DNA of 33,414 nt, taken from Thermodesulfobacteriota bacterium. Its GTDB lineage: Bacteria; Desulfobacterota; GWC2-55-46; JBHHVK01. The notes beneath the pieces are model-generated. The model had not been told where the DNA came from. It saw nothing but the letters and a program-made list of their open reading frames with translations, and ran no database searches. The position numbers were made by a program, and so were the translations under genes. The stretch lies in contig JBHHVK010000003.1 of NCBI GenBank assembly GCA_046754205.1, positions 1 to 33,414 of the forward strand, read 5' to 3'. Positions within the stretch are counted from its first letter, which is position 1. Each line of letters begins with the position of its first letter. This document shows positions 1 to 8,984 of this stretch, piece by piece.

Positions 1-194
1 TCCGTGAGCTTCGATATCTCTACGGCGTCGCCTATGTGGTCGGCGTGGCCGTGGGTCACGAGTATGGCGTCAACGCTGACGTCCTCGGGCTTTATCCGGG
101 CGCTCGGGTTGTCGTTGAGGAAGGGGTCTATGATGATGGACCTGCCGCCGGCCTCCACGGTGAAGCAGGAATGCCCCTGGAATGTAACCTTCAT
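1..194 (-). CDS. Metal-dependent hydrolase, metallo-beta-lactamase fold (UPF0173-like), C-terminus runs off the window edge
   Basis: Manual translation from ATG at 194: [30 protein letters not shown]...[16 protein letters not shown] (THxHxDH motif); strong SD AAGGAGG upstream; not in the ORF track because truncated. Confidence 0.85.
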   Translation of the reverse strand, partial: MKVTFQGHSCFTVEAGGRSIIIDPFLNDNPSARIKPEDVSVDAILVTHGHADHIGDAVEISKLT

Positions 195-302
195 CTGCGT
201 TGACCTCCTTTCGGATGAACGTTTTCCGGATGGACCCCTTTCAGGCCGGTGAAATCATCGAGCCGCCCGCATCGCGCCCCCGCCCGTTTCGTCCATAAAA
301 GG

Positions 303-740
303 TCAAAAACACTTTACGTCCATGCCCCTTCTGCGAAGGAGCGCCGCGGCCACCCCTTCGCCCCGGACGAGCTCCCCCTCGGGCGTGTATATGAACCCGG
401 CCCCGCAGGAGGGGCTATTCTCCTTGAGACAGGCGCGGGAGGCCCCGGTAAGGGCCGCTATCGCGCCCACGGCCTCGGCCCCGGAGATGAACCGGCCCGT
501 TACGTCCGCACCCTCGATGTCGACGACCCTTGCGTGGCCGTCGAGCACATCCGCGCCCGAGCCTCCGGCTATGGCGGCAGCGGGCCTCGGGGTCGGAAGG
601 CCCCCGAGCTGCTCCGGGCAGACGGGGACGATGTTCGCGTCCCCGAGCGCGGCGAGGACCTCCTCGGAGAGGGCGTGGCCGCCGTCGTGCCTCGTCGCCA
701 GGCCAAGGAGGCAGGAGCTTACGAGGACGGTCTCCTTCAT
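303..740 (-). CDS. DUF523 / 2-thiouracil desulfidase (TudS)-family protein
   Basis: Motifs VSSCLLG, VPVCPEQLGGLPTPRP, LKENSPSCG, GEGVAA; start overlaps purN stop (ATGA). Confidence 0.85.
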   Translation of the reverse strand: MKETVLVSSCLLGLATRHDGGHALSEEVLAALGDANIVPVCPEQLGGLPTPRPAAAIAGGSGADVLDGHARVVDIEGADVTGRFISGAEAVGAIAALTGASRACLKENSPSCGAGFIYTPEGELVRGEGVAAALLRRRGMDVKCF

Positions 741-1396
741 GGCCCGCCGGGCTCTGGCGGTGGGTTTTCGAGGGCGCCCTCACAGGCCGGAGCCCCGTCC
801 ACCAGGACCCTTCTCCCCTCGACCATGAGCCTGCCTTCGCTGAATAGCCGGATGGCCCTCGGGTATATTCTGTGCTCCTCGACAAGGATCCTCGCCGCGA
901 GTGTATCGGGGGTGTCATCGGCGAGGACCGGCACCACAGCCTGTATTATTATCGGGCCCGTATCGCACCCCATGTCCACGAAGTGGACGGTGCAGCCGCT
1001 GAACCTGACGCCGTGCTCTATGGCCTTCTTCTGCACCCCGAGCCCGGGAAAGGAGGGCAGCAGGGCGGGGTGGATGTTCATTATCCTGCCGGAAAAGGCC
1101 TTGAGAAAGTCGCCGGTAAGGAGCCTCATGAAGCCGGCGAGCACGACGAGCTCCACGCCGTACTCCTTCAGGACCCGCACCATCTCCCGGTCGAACCCGG
1201 CCCTCGAAGGGAATGCCTTCTTCTCCACGACCACGCCCGGGATGCCGTGGCTCGCGGCCCTTTCGAGCGCCCCGGCCTTCGGGTTGTCGCTCACCACGAC
1301 GCATACCTCGGCGCCGAGTCCGCCCGCTTCGGCGGCGTCTATTATGGCCTGGAGGTTCGTGCCCCCGCCCGAGGCGAGGACCCCTATTTTAAGCAT
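737..1396 (-). CDS. purN: Phosphoribosylglycinamide formyltransferase
   Basis: IGVLASGGGTNLQAII, LAGFMRLL, NIHPALLPSFPG, GCTVHFVD, DTGPII motifs; downstream of purM. Confidence 0.97.
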   Translation of the reverse strand: MLKIGVLASGGGTNLQAIIDAAEAGGLGAEVCVVVSDNPKAGALERAASHGIPGVVVEKKAFPSRAGFDREMVRVLKEYGVELVVLAGFMRLLTGDFLKAFSGRIMNIHPALLPSFPGLGVQKKAIEHGVRFSGCTVHFVDMGCDTGPIIIQAVVPVLADDTPDTLAARILVEEHRIYPRAIRLFSEGRLMVEGRRVLVDGAPACEGALENPPPEPGGP

Positions 1397-1428
1397 GGGT
1401 CATAAAGACCGGAGGTCTTCCGGATTTG

Positions 1429-2490
1429 TCAGAAGGGCCCGCTGCCCGTAAGGACCACGGCCGGTCCCTTTTTGCTCTTTTTCGCCTCTATCTCGCCTAT
1501 GGTCCAGGCCCTGAGCCGGTGTTTTTTTAACCTTTCGAGCACGCCCGCCTCGTCACGGGGTGAGATAACCAGCGCCATGCCGACCCCGCAGTTGAAGGTC
1601 CTGAGCATCTCCCCGGCGCCGACCCCGCCGCCCTCGGCTATGAGCCGGAATATCGCCGGCACGGTCCATGAGCCGGTGTCCACCACCGCGCGCGCGCCTT
1701 CGGGGAGCATCCTCGGTATGTTCTCCTGAAAGCCCCCGCCGGTTATGTGGGCCATGCCCTTGATGGTGAACCTCTTGAGGAGGTCCAGGACGGGCCTTAC
1801 GTATATCCTCGTGGGCCTCAGGAGCGTGGAGCCGAGCTCGGCCCTGAGCCCCCTGGGCCGCGAGCCGACCTTAAGGGCCAGTTTGTCGAAGAGTACCTTC
1901 CTGGCGAGCGAGAAACCGTTGCTGTGGAGCCCGCTCGAGGCGAGCCCTATGACCCTGTCACCGGGCCTTATGCGCCTTCCGTCGATAATCCCGCGCCTCT
2001 CGACGACGCCGACGCAGAACCCGGCGAGGTCGTAGTGGCCCGGACGGTAGAGCCCCGGCATCTCGGCGGTCTCGCCTCCTATGAGCGCGCACCCGGCCTC
2101 CCTGCAGCCCTTGACGACCCCCCTTACGACGCTCGCGGCCCTTGCGGCGTCGAGCCGTCCCGTTGCGAGGTAGTCGAGAAAGAACAGGGGCTCGGCCCCG
2201 CTCACCACGATGTCGTTGACGCTCATGGCCACGAGGTCGACGCCCACGGTATCATGCCTGTCGGCCATGAAGGCGACCATGAGCTTGGTGCCCACACCGT
2301 CCGTGGCCGAGACGAGCACCGGGTCCTTCATCCCCTTGAAACCCGCCTTGAAGAAGGCGCCGAATCCCCCGATATCTCCCATGACCCCGGGCCTGAAGCT
2401 CGAGCGGACCGGCCCCTTTATGAGCCTTACGAGCCTGCTGCCCTCGTCTATATCGACCCCTGCGTCCCTGTAGGAGATTCCCTTGCCCAT
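1429..2490 (-). CDS. purM: Phosphoribosylformylglycinamidine cyclo-ligase (AIR synthetase)
   Basis: YRDAGVDID, TDGVGTKL, GAEPLFFLDY, GGETAEMPG, SSGLHSNGFSL, AHITGGG, TFNCGVG. Confidence 0.97.
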   Translation of the reverse strand: MGKGISYRDAGVDIDEGSRLVRLIKGPVRSSFRPGVMGDIGGFGAFFKAGFKGMKDPVLVSATDGVGTKLMVAFMADRHDTVGVDLVAMSVNDIVVSGAEPLFFLDYLATGRLDAARAASVVRGVVKGCREAGCALIGGETAEMPGLYRPGHYDLAGFCVGVVERRGIIDGRRIRPGDRVIGLASSGLHSNGFSLARKVLFDKLALKVGSRPRGLRAELGSTLLRPTRIYVRPVLDLLKRFTIKGMAHITGGGFQENIPRMLPEGARAVVDTGSWTVPAIFRLIAEGGGVGAGEMLRTFNCGVGMALVISPRDEAGVLERLKKHRLRAWTIGEIEAKKSKKGPAVVLTGSGPF

Positions 2491-2498
2491 GGCTCCAT

Positions 2499-2527
2499 AG
2501 ATTAATCAAAAGCCCCGCCAATGTCAA
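2499..2527 (-). promoter_or_regulatory. Sigma70-type promoter for purM-purN operon
   Basis: Minus strand TTGACA (2527-2522), 17-bp spacer, TAATCT (2504-2499); ends 8 nt before the purM ATG. Confidence 0.7.
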
Positions 2528-2583
2528 TGAGAGCTTTCGCGCCGTCGAGGGCTCCCCGGGGCCTCCGGAGAGGGGACAGGCGA

Positions 2584-2623
2584 CGCACAGATTCATGTGC
2601 ATGACCGCATAAGAACCTGTGCA
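2584..2623. promoter_or_regulatory. Tandem imperfect palindromes, putative enhancer (bEBP upstream activator sequences)
   Basis: CGCACAGATTCATGTGCA (2584-2601) and CGCATAAGAACCTGTGCA (2606-2623), 22-bp period, ~110-150 bp upstream of the predicted sigma54 TSS. Confidence 0.6.
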
Positions 2624-2707
2624 TTGCCGGCGGTATTTTCCCGGCCATCGAGTAAACCAATCCTGAACCATGTTGATTTTGCTTGTCTTTCCTTCACGGC
2701 TCACCCT

Positions 2708-2723
2708 TGGCACCGCCCTTGCA
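2708..2723 (+). promoter_or_regulatory. Sigma54 (RpoN) -24/-12 promoter
   Basis: TGGCAC-CGCCC-TTGCA, exact match to TGGCAC-N5-TTGCW, in an AT-rich intergenic patch. Confidence 0.85.
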
Positions 2724-2733
2724 TTATAAATCT

Positions 2734-2840
2734 TGTTAAAGAATGCCCGTTGTTGATTTAACGTCAACATACCTCCTTTAAAAAACTCATAAGTCTTCTT
2801 GTCCACACGGGCCCGGCAGCCTTGAGCGGCCGGCGGTTTA
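2734..2840 (+). ncRNA. Candidate sigma54-dependent small RNA or structured 5' leader carrying an anti-SD motif
   Basis: Follows the sigma54 promoter; hairpin TGTTGA-N7-TCAACA (2751-2769), ACCTCCTTT (2771-2779), GC hairpin CCGGCAGC-CTTGA-GCGGCCGG (~2813-2833); no convincing plus-strand ORF; boundaries approximate. Confidence 0.35.
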
Positions 2841-3093
2841 GCAAGGCGCTTGAATGTTTGCGGTCAGTGATTCCACAGTTACGTACCTTGGTTCCGGCGG
2901 TCGGCGCAGCTACGGATGCCCGCCCGAGTCTCCTTTTACAACGGAAGACCCCGCTGGAGAAGTGCGTAAACCCGGTCGCTCAACCATCGGCCTTATCCAC
3001 CGGTTCATCCGGAAAGCCGGGTCCCGTTACGCCGATTCCGCATGGACACATCAACCTATCGCAAAGGGAAAACCCAAAAAGGAGGTGCAGAGA

Positions 3094-3384
3094 ATGAGAA
3101 TCACCGAGATCAAGATCCTTCCCGTTGACGGTGACGAGAAACTCAAGGCCTATGTGACCATCAAGCTCGACGACTGCTTCGTCGTCAGGGACATGAAGGT
3201 CATCAAGGGCAACACGGGCTACTTCGTGGCCATGCCGGCCAAGAAGATGAAAGACGGGACCTACAGGGACCTCGTTCACCCCCTCGACAAACCCACGCGG
3301 CAGCAACTCGAGGAACAGGTGATGGTCGAGTACCACCGGGTGAAAGCCGACCCTTCCCTGAGCGGTGACGCCGTAGCGGTCTGA
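3094..3384 (+). CDS. spoVG: Septation protein SpoVG family nucleic-acid-binding protein
   Basis: MRITEIKI...LKAYVTIKLDDCFVVRDMKVIKG...FVAMPAKK..DGTYRDLVHPL; start moved to ATG 3094 behind SD AAAGGAGGT. Confidence 0.93.
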   Translation: MRITEIKILPVDGDEKLKAYVTIKLDDCFVVRDMKVIKGNTGYFVAMPAKKMKDGTYRDLVHPLDKPTRQQLEEQVMVEYHRVKADPSLSGDAVAV

Positions 3385-3388
3385 ACCG

Positions 3389-3405
3389 GGCCGACAGGGT
3401 CGGCC
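3389..3405 (+). terminator. Perfect 7-bp GC hairpin after spoVG (no U-tract)
   Basis: GGCCGAC-AGG-GTCGGCC just after the stop codon. Confidence 0.3.
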
Positions 3406-3409
3406 ACAA

Positions 3410-3501
3410 GGGGGTAGAGGGGTGATGGGGTGATGGGGTGGGTTGGGGGGCAGATGGTTATGTGGCAGGGGGGGGCGAGGGGGGTTGAGGGGTGCGCGGG
3501 G
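3410..3501 (+). repeat. G-rich low-complexity tract (multiple G>=3 runs)
   Basis: GGGGGTAGAGGGGTGATGGGGTGATGGGGTGGGTTGGGGGG... Confidence 0.7.
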
Positions 3502-3526
3502 ACTGAGCGAGAGAATTTGAGGGATT

Positions 3527-6100
3527 GTGAGGGGAGACTCCTTGGAAAGGAACGGTTCGGCGACGGGTCTTAAGAAGGCGCTGCTTGCATCAGCCGTCTT
3601 CATCGGGGTTACATGCCTGGTTTACTATCCGGTGGCCTCGGACCCCACGGGGGCCGTCACAGGGCCCGCCGATGACGCCAACGCCATCATCTGGCACCTC
3701 TGGTGGTTCGCCCGCTCCATGGCCGACCCCAGGTACTCACCCTTTTTCACCACCTTCGTGGAGAGCCCCTTCGGCGTTGAGCTCACGCAGATGACCCTGG
3801 CCAACCACCTCGCGGCGCTGCCGATTACGTGGCTCATCGGCCCGGTGGGGTCATACAACCTGATGATCCTCCTGTCCTTCTTCCTCTCAGGGCTCGCCGT
3901 ATACCTCCTCGTCTTTGAACTTACCGGCTCATTCGCCCCGGCCCTCTTCGCCGGCCTTGCCTACTCCTTTTCCCCCTATCACACGGTCTTCTCCGCCTCC
4001 GGCGGCATGGACGCCGCCCAGATTCAATACATGCCCTTCACATTGCTCTTCGCCGTAAGGTTCGCGCGCACGAAAAGGCCCGTCCACATGGGCCTCGCCT
4101 TCCTCTTCTTCGCGCTCTCCGTCTTCTCCTTCGGGTACTACGCCGCGCTCGCGGCCGTGGCCATCGCCGTCTGCGTGCTCTACTTCTACGGGGCGCACGA
4201 TTCCCCGGCCGTGGAAGGGGCCGGCAACGCCAGGGCCGGTTCCGGCAGGATCTTTCTCGCCGCTGCGGCGGGCTTCAGCATACTGGTCCTCCTGTCCAAC
4301 ACCGCTGAGGACGTCTCCACGATGCTCAAGATATCGGCGCTCCTCGCCGCCCCCGTGGCGGCCGCTGTATACTTTTTCGGAGGCCGCCCGGTAGCCGCGG
4401 GTGCGGCGGAAGGGCCAGGCAGCGCCGCCTTCGGGGGCCGGCAGGGCCGTGGAGCCCCGGTCGAGGGCCTCCGGTCAATCTGGGGCGGGCTCAAACCCGG
4501 CCATAGGCTGTCCATGGCGGCGGGAGCGGCCCTCTTCGCCGGGTCGGTATACCTCTTCCTCCACCCACTGCTCGATATCGCCGCGAGACCCATATCGGAC
4601 TCCTATATAGTCCCATGGTACAGCTACCTCTTCCCGGCCCCCGACCATCCGCTTCTTGGCGGCCTCGTACCCGAAGCCCTCACGCCGCCGGGCGACCCGC
4701 TCTCGGGCAGGATGGTCCACGTCGGCTTCACCCTCACGATACTGGCGCTTGCAGGGGCGCTTATAAGGCTCCCGTCGGCGTCCGGCGGACGCGCCCGGAG
4801 GTCGAGGGGGTTTTTCGCCTTCCTCCTCGCCGCCGGGGTCCTGCTCCTCATACCCCCGGTGATAAGGGCCGGGGACTTCGTCTTCCGCGCCCCGGTCTAC
4901 TATCTCCACGCCCTGCTCCCCCCCTTCGTGGACATAAGGAGGGTCATAGTCCTCGTCGTCCTCGCTTCATCCGTGCTCGCCGGGCTCGCCCTCTGGGCCC
5001 TCACCGACGGGATCCGCGCACGGTCCGTCAGGGCCGCCGTCTTCATCGCCGCCGCGGCGCTCCTCGCCGTGGAGTTCGCCCCCTCGGTCGGCTACACCGA
5101 CATGACAGGGGTCCCGGGGGCGTACCGCTGGCTCGCCGATCGGCCCGATGAGGTCACGGTCATCGAGTACCCCCTTACGTCCATCTATGACGCCGGGAGG
5201 TACGAGGCCTTCTACGGCCAGACCATACACTCCAAAAGGCTCGTAAACCCCTTCGCCGCGGTCGGGCACGACCCGAGGCCCGTAAACCGGGCCCTCGGAA
5301 AGCTCATAGACAGGGGAGGGGCGGGGGCCTCACCCTTCGCCAACCCGGGGCTCGCCGCCTCGGTGCTTGCGCGAATAGGCGTCGACTACGTGGTGGTGAG
5401 AACCGACAAGCTCGGGGTGGCGCCGATGATAGACCCGGACCTCGGGCTCGACGAGGTCGCGTCCTTTCCGGACTCGAAGGTCTACAGGGTCTCGGCCCAG
5501 GCGGCAACTGCCACCGTGAGCTTCACGGGATTCAGTCGAGGCGGATATTTCATCAACGAGCTTCAGCGGGGCGAAGACGCCTTTGTGAACATAAGCCGCT
5601 TCGTCCGACCCCCGGCCCTCTGGGACAGGGCCGGGGACGCCGCGAGAGCGTGGCTTGCCTTCGGACGGAGCGCGACGCTCAGGATAACGCCGTTGGTCGA
5701 CGGGGCCATGACCTATGACCTCAGGTTCAAGGCGAAGAGCTACGCCGCCCCCGCCTCGATGACCGTGACCGTCGACGACGGCCGTTCCCTCGTATTTCCC
5801 CTCGCGCCCGAGGCGCGCGAGTACAGGGTCCCTGGCCTCACCGTGCGTGCCGGCTCCAGGGGGGTATCTCTCCGCATGGAGCTGGACGGCAGGGCGCCGC
5901 TCGTGCCCACCGGCGCGGCCGCGCCCCAGGGCGTCGGAAAGGTCTCCGTCGGCGCGGCCATAAGGGGGGTGACGCTTATCCCCGGGCCGGCCCCTGCCCG
6001 GCGCGGGTCCGGAGGAGAAAACCGCGGGATAGGGACGAAGACCTACGACGGGATATACCTCTCCGGCGGGTCCGTCGGGCCGCAGGGCCGTCGCTCATGA
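3527..6100 (+). CDS. Polytopic membrane protein, putative GT-C-fold glycosyltransferase (YfhO-like) with C-terminal extracytoplasmic domain
   Basis: 857 aa; acidic DD after first TM (GPADDANAIIWHLWW), YNLMILLSFFLSG..YLL, AGLAYSFSPYH, many TM segments, AYRWLA..VIEYP..YGQTIHSKRLVN pattern. Confidence 0.65.
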   Translation: MRGDSLERNGSATGLKKALLASAVFIGVTCLVYYPVASDPTGAVTGPADDANAIIWHLWWFARSMADPRYSPFFTTFVESPFGVELTQMTLANHLAALPITWLIGPVGSYNLMILLSFFLSGLAVYLLVFELTGSFAPALFAGLAYSFSPYHTVFSASGGMDAAQIQYMPFTLLFAVRFARTKRPVHMGLAFLFFALSVFSFGYYAALAAVAIAVCVLYFYGAHDSPAVEGAGNARAGSGRIFLAAAAGFSILVLLSNTAEDVSTMLKISALLAAPVAAAVYFFGGRPVAAGAAEGPGSAAFGGRQGRGAPVEGLRSIWGGLKPGHRLSMAAGAALFAGSVYLFLHPLLDIAARPISDSYIVPWYSYLFPAPDHPLLGGLVPEALTPPGDPLSGRMVHVGFTLTILALAGALIRLPSASGGRARRSRGFFAFLLAAGVLLLIPPVIRAGDFVFRAPVYYLHALLPPFVDIRRVIVLVVLASSVLAGLALWALTDGIRARSVRAAVFIAAAALLAVEFAPSVGYTDMTGVPGAYRWLADRPDEVTVIEYPLTSIYDAGRYEAFYGQTIHSKRLVNPFAAVGHDPRPVNRALGKLIDRGGAGASPFANPGLAASVLARIGVDYVVVRTDKLGVAPMIDPDLGLDEVASFPDSKVYRVSAQAATATVSFTGFSRGGYFINELQRGEDAFVNISRFVRPPALWDRAGDAARAWLAFGRSATLRITPLVDGAMTYDLRFKAKSYAAPASMTVTVDDGRSLVFPLAPEAREYRVPGLTVRAGSRGVSLRMELDGRAPLVPTGAAAPQGVGKVSVGAAIRGVTLIPGPAPARRGSGGENRGIGTKTYDGIYLSGGSVGPQGRRS

Positions 6101-7533
6101 CGTTGCCCTGCCGAAGGGACAAAAGTATGTGGATGAAGATGATCCGAAAGGTTGAGGCCGGCCCCGGGGCGAAGGCGCGGCAGCGGACGGGGGCCGGACC
6201 ATGCCCCCTGTTAAAGGCCCTTGTCCTGGTCCTGACCATGATCCTTCTCGCCGGCGCTTCCTCCCCGGCCAGGGCGTCGGACCTCCTTAAAAACCCAGGG
6301 CTCGACGTCTGGGAGGGCGGCGTCCCCGAAGGGTGGTCCGGGGAGGGGGGAGGGGCCATCGAAAAGGCCGGCCCCGAAGGGGGCGGCGCTTTGAGGTTCG
6401 AGTCCAGCGGCGGGGGCGCGCCCTTCATCTTCCAGAAGCTCCAGGCCAGGGCCCGCTATAGAGGGTCGCTCATGACCTTCTCCGCATGGGTGAAGACGGA
6501 CTCTCCCGAGAGCGCCTATCTCGAGTTCTCGAACAGGGCGGGCATGGACGTGTCGAGCGAACCCCACCCCGGAGACGGCCTGTGGCACAGGCTCGAGGTC
6601 ACCGCCAAGGTCCCCGCAAGGGAGGGGGCCGTCGAGTGGAGGATAAGGAACTACGCCCCCGGTGTCACATACGTTAAGGGCGCGGAGCTTACGACAGGCG
6701 CGGGGACACCGGCCGCGGGCGAGGCCGCGGGGCTTGTCATGGGCGGGGAGGGCGGGGCCCTCTGGCTCGCCTCCCTCGGCGCGCTGATGGCGGTAACGGT
6801 CGTCTTCTTCAGGCGCAGGAGAGGGACCATCGAGGCGAGGCTCGTCGAGGCCGCCCTGCTGCTCCTCATCATATCAAACGCCATGCTTATTCTGAAAAAC
6901 GGGGGCTACGCTGCGGTGACCGCAAACCTCGCCTGGGCCGCCTTTGTCGCGGCCGCCGCGGTCTTTGCGGCATCACGTTTCAGGGCCGGGATTATCCTTT
7001 CCCTCGCAAGGCCCGGTGCCCTGTACCTGACCCTCATGGGCGCCGCCATCGTTATCCTCGTCCACTCCCTTTACAGGGGGGACCTCGGGGGCGCCGAGAG
7101 GACGGCCGGGGCGCTCTACGCCCTTATGGTCATCGAAGTGGCCGTCATCGTGGCGAGAAAGGCGCTCGCCTACAGACGAGACGCGGCATCGACAAGAGCC
7201 CTCTCGATACGGATCGAGCCGCGCGCGAAGCACGCTGCGAAGGGGCGCGTACCCATGGCGCCTCCCCCCGGGCTCGAAGGCCTTGCCGAAAGGGAATCGG
7301 CCGGCGCTGCATGGGCCGGGCGGACGGGGGAGGCAGAGGGCCGGCTCCACGGACCGGGGGCCGGGTACGCCGAAAGAGGAGGGATGGGTAGAGATCCGGC
7401 GCCTCACAGGGGGTTGAGCTCGCTTGAGATTACGCAATTTGGCCGCGGAGCCGGGGGCGAAGCCCCCCGGCATGGAGAAGGGCCGGGTTTAGGGGGAGAG
7501 GAGAGTTTAACCGACAAAGGGAGGACGCGATGA
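6097..7533 (+). CDS. Membrane protein with signal-like segment, carbohydrate-binding-module-like domain (CBM4/9-like) and ~5 TM helices; true start may be somewhat downstream
   Basis: ALVLVLTMILLAGASSPARA|SDLLKNPGLDVWEGGVPEGW...TFSAWVKT...W..LEV pattern; stop overlaps next ATG. Confidence 0.55.
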   Translation: MTLPCRRDKSMWMKMIRKVEAGPGAKARQRTGAGPCPLLKALVLVLTMILLAGASSPARASDLLKNPGLDVWEGGVPEGWSGEGGGAIEKAGPEGGGALRFESSGGGAPFIFQKLQARARYRGSLMTFSAWVKTDSPESAYLEFSNRAGMDVSSEPHPGDGLWHRLEVTAKVPAREGAVEWRIRNYAPGVTYVKGAELTTGAGTPAAGEAAGLVMGGEGGALWLASLGALMAVTVVFFRRRRGTIEARLVEAALLLLIISNAMLILKNGGYAAVTANLAWAAFVAAAAVFAASRFRAGIILSLARPGALYLTLMGAAIVILVHSLYRGDLGGAERTAGALYALMVIEVAVIVARKALAYRRDAASTRALSIRIEPRAKHAAKGRVPMAPPPGLEGLAERESAGAAWAGRTGEAEGRLHGPGAGYAERGGMGRDPAPHRGLSSLEITQFGRGAGGEAPRHGEGPGLGGEESLTDKGRTR

Positions 7534-8960
7534 AGGTAGTTCTCACAAGGCCCAATTACCACAGCCACCTCATAACCCCCCAGCTCGGCATCGGGTACAT
7601 ATCCTCCTATCTGAAAAAAAACGGGGTGGACTGCTTCATAGTAGACGGGCTCAACCACGGCCTCACGAACTACGAGATACTCGACCGGTGCAAGGACGCC
7701 GACGTGGTCGGCATAAACTGCCTGAGCGACTACTACCCGGCCGTGGCCGACCTCTCCAGGCTCTTGAGGTCGCGCGGAAAGACAGTGGTCATAGGGGGCG
7801 CGCACCCGTCGGTGCTCCCCCATGAGACGCTCAAGGGCACGGAGGCGGACTACGTGGTGGTGGGCGAGGGCGAAGAGACGATGAGCGAGCTCGTGGCCGC
7901 CATCGCCCGGGGCGGGCCGACGGACGCCATTCCGGGCGTCTGCTCCCGGGAGACGAAGGAGTTCGAGAGGAGGGACTACATAAAGGACCTCGACTCGCTC
8001 CCCTTCCCGGACTGGGAGGAGATGGACCCGAGGACGTACAAGAAGGCACCCCACGGGGGGTTCGTAAAAAAGTTCCCCGTTGCCCCCGTAACCTCCACCC
8101 GGGGCTGCCCCTACGTCTGCACCTTCTGCGCCAGCCCGGAGATATGGGGCCGCCGCATAAGGTACAGGTCGCCGGCGAACGTGGTGGACGAGATAGAGTA
8201 CCTGGTCCGCGAGTACAGGGTAAAGGAGATCCACTTCGAGGACGACAACCTAACGCTCAAGAGGAGCCACGTCGAAGGGATCTGCGAGCTCATACTCGAA
8301 AGGGACATAAAGGTCAGCTGGGCGACCCCGAACGGCATACGGGTGGACACCATAACCCCGAAGCTCCTGAAGCTCATGAAAAGGAGCGGGTGCTACTTCA
8401 TCGCCTTCGGCATCGAGTCGGGCAACGACGAGATACTGAGGAACATAAACAAGGAGACCGACCTCGCCACCATCACCTACGCCGTAAGGGAGGCGAAAAA
8501 GGCCGGGATGCTGACCCAGGGGTTCTTCATATTCGGCCTGCCCGGAGAAACGGAGCGCACCATAGCCAGGACGGTGGAGTACGCGAAGTCGATCCCGCTC
8601 GACAAGGCCCAGTTCCTCCTGCTCGACGTGCTCCCCGGCTCCGGGATATGGAAGGACCTGAGACAGTGGCACACCCCAGACCCCACGAGGAGGAGCTACC
8701 AGCAGGTCTCGTGGGTCCCCGACTCCATACAGCGCGATTTTCTCGAGGCCGCGCCTTCGAAGGCGTTCAAGAAGTTCTTCCTGCGGCCACGGCAGGTCTA
8801 CACCGCGCTCAAATACATAAAACCCTCGCAGTTCAACTTCGTGGTGCGCCGCATGGCGGACTTCGGCATCATCCCCGGCGCCGCCAAAAAGGACCCCGCC
8901 CCGCCGCACAGGACGCCCGGGCTGCCGAAGACGGGAGCTGCCGGGAACAAGGTGCGGTAA
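7530..8960 (+). CDS. B12-binding-domain radical SAM protein (class B methyltransferase-like)
   Basis: PQLGIGYISSYL, GGAHPS, GEGE, TRGCPYVCTFC (CxxxCxxC), EDDNL, FGIESG; SD GGAGG. Confidence 0.92.
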   Translation: MKVVLTRPNYHSHLITPQLGIGYISSYLKKNGVDCFIVDGLNHGLTNYEILDRCKDADVVGINCLSDYYPAVADLSRLLRSRGKTVVIGGAHPSVLPHETLKGTEADYVVVGEGEETMSELVAAIARGGPTDAIPGVCSRETKEFERRDYIKDLDSLPFPDWEEMDPRTYKKAPHGGFVKKFPVAPVTSTRGCPYVCTFCASPEIWGRRIRYRSPANVVDEIEYLVREYRVKEIHFEDDNLTLKRSHVEGICELILERDIKVSWATPNGIRVDTITPKLLKLMKRSGCYFIAFGIESGNDEILRNINKETDLATITYAVREAKKAGMLTQGFFIFGLPGETERTIARTVEYAKSIPLDKAQFLLLDVLPGSGIWKDLRQWHTPDPTRRSYQQVSWVPDSIQRDFLEAAPSKAFKKFFLRPRQVYTALKYIKPSQFNFVVRRMADFGIIPGAAKKDPAPPHRTPGLPKTGAAGNKVR

Positions 8961-8984
8961 AGAGATGGAAAGGGATAGACTTTC

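Noticed and set aside
2751-2769. Possible FNR box
   Set aside because: TTGAT-N5-GTCAA has the wrong spacing versus TTGAT-N4-ATCAA; kept only as a hairpin/palindrome
2252-2806. 184-aa minus-strand ORF upstream of purM
   Set aside because: Overlaps purM out of frame and runs through promoter elements; GGAGG sits only 1 nt before the internal ATG; no recognisable motifs
2860-3080. tRNA or c-di-GMP riboswitch near spoVG
   Set aside because: No cloverleaf/T-loop or GEMM two-hairpin consensus visible by eye
2854-3093. 80-aa N-terminal extension of SpoVG in the ORF track
   Set aside because: Family homology begins at Met 3094, which has a strong SD
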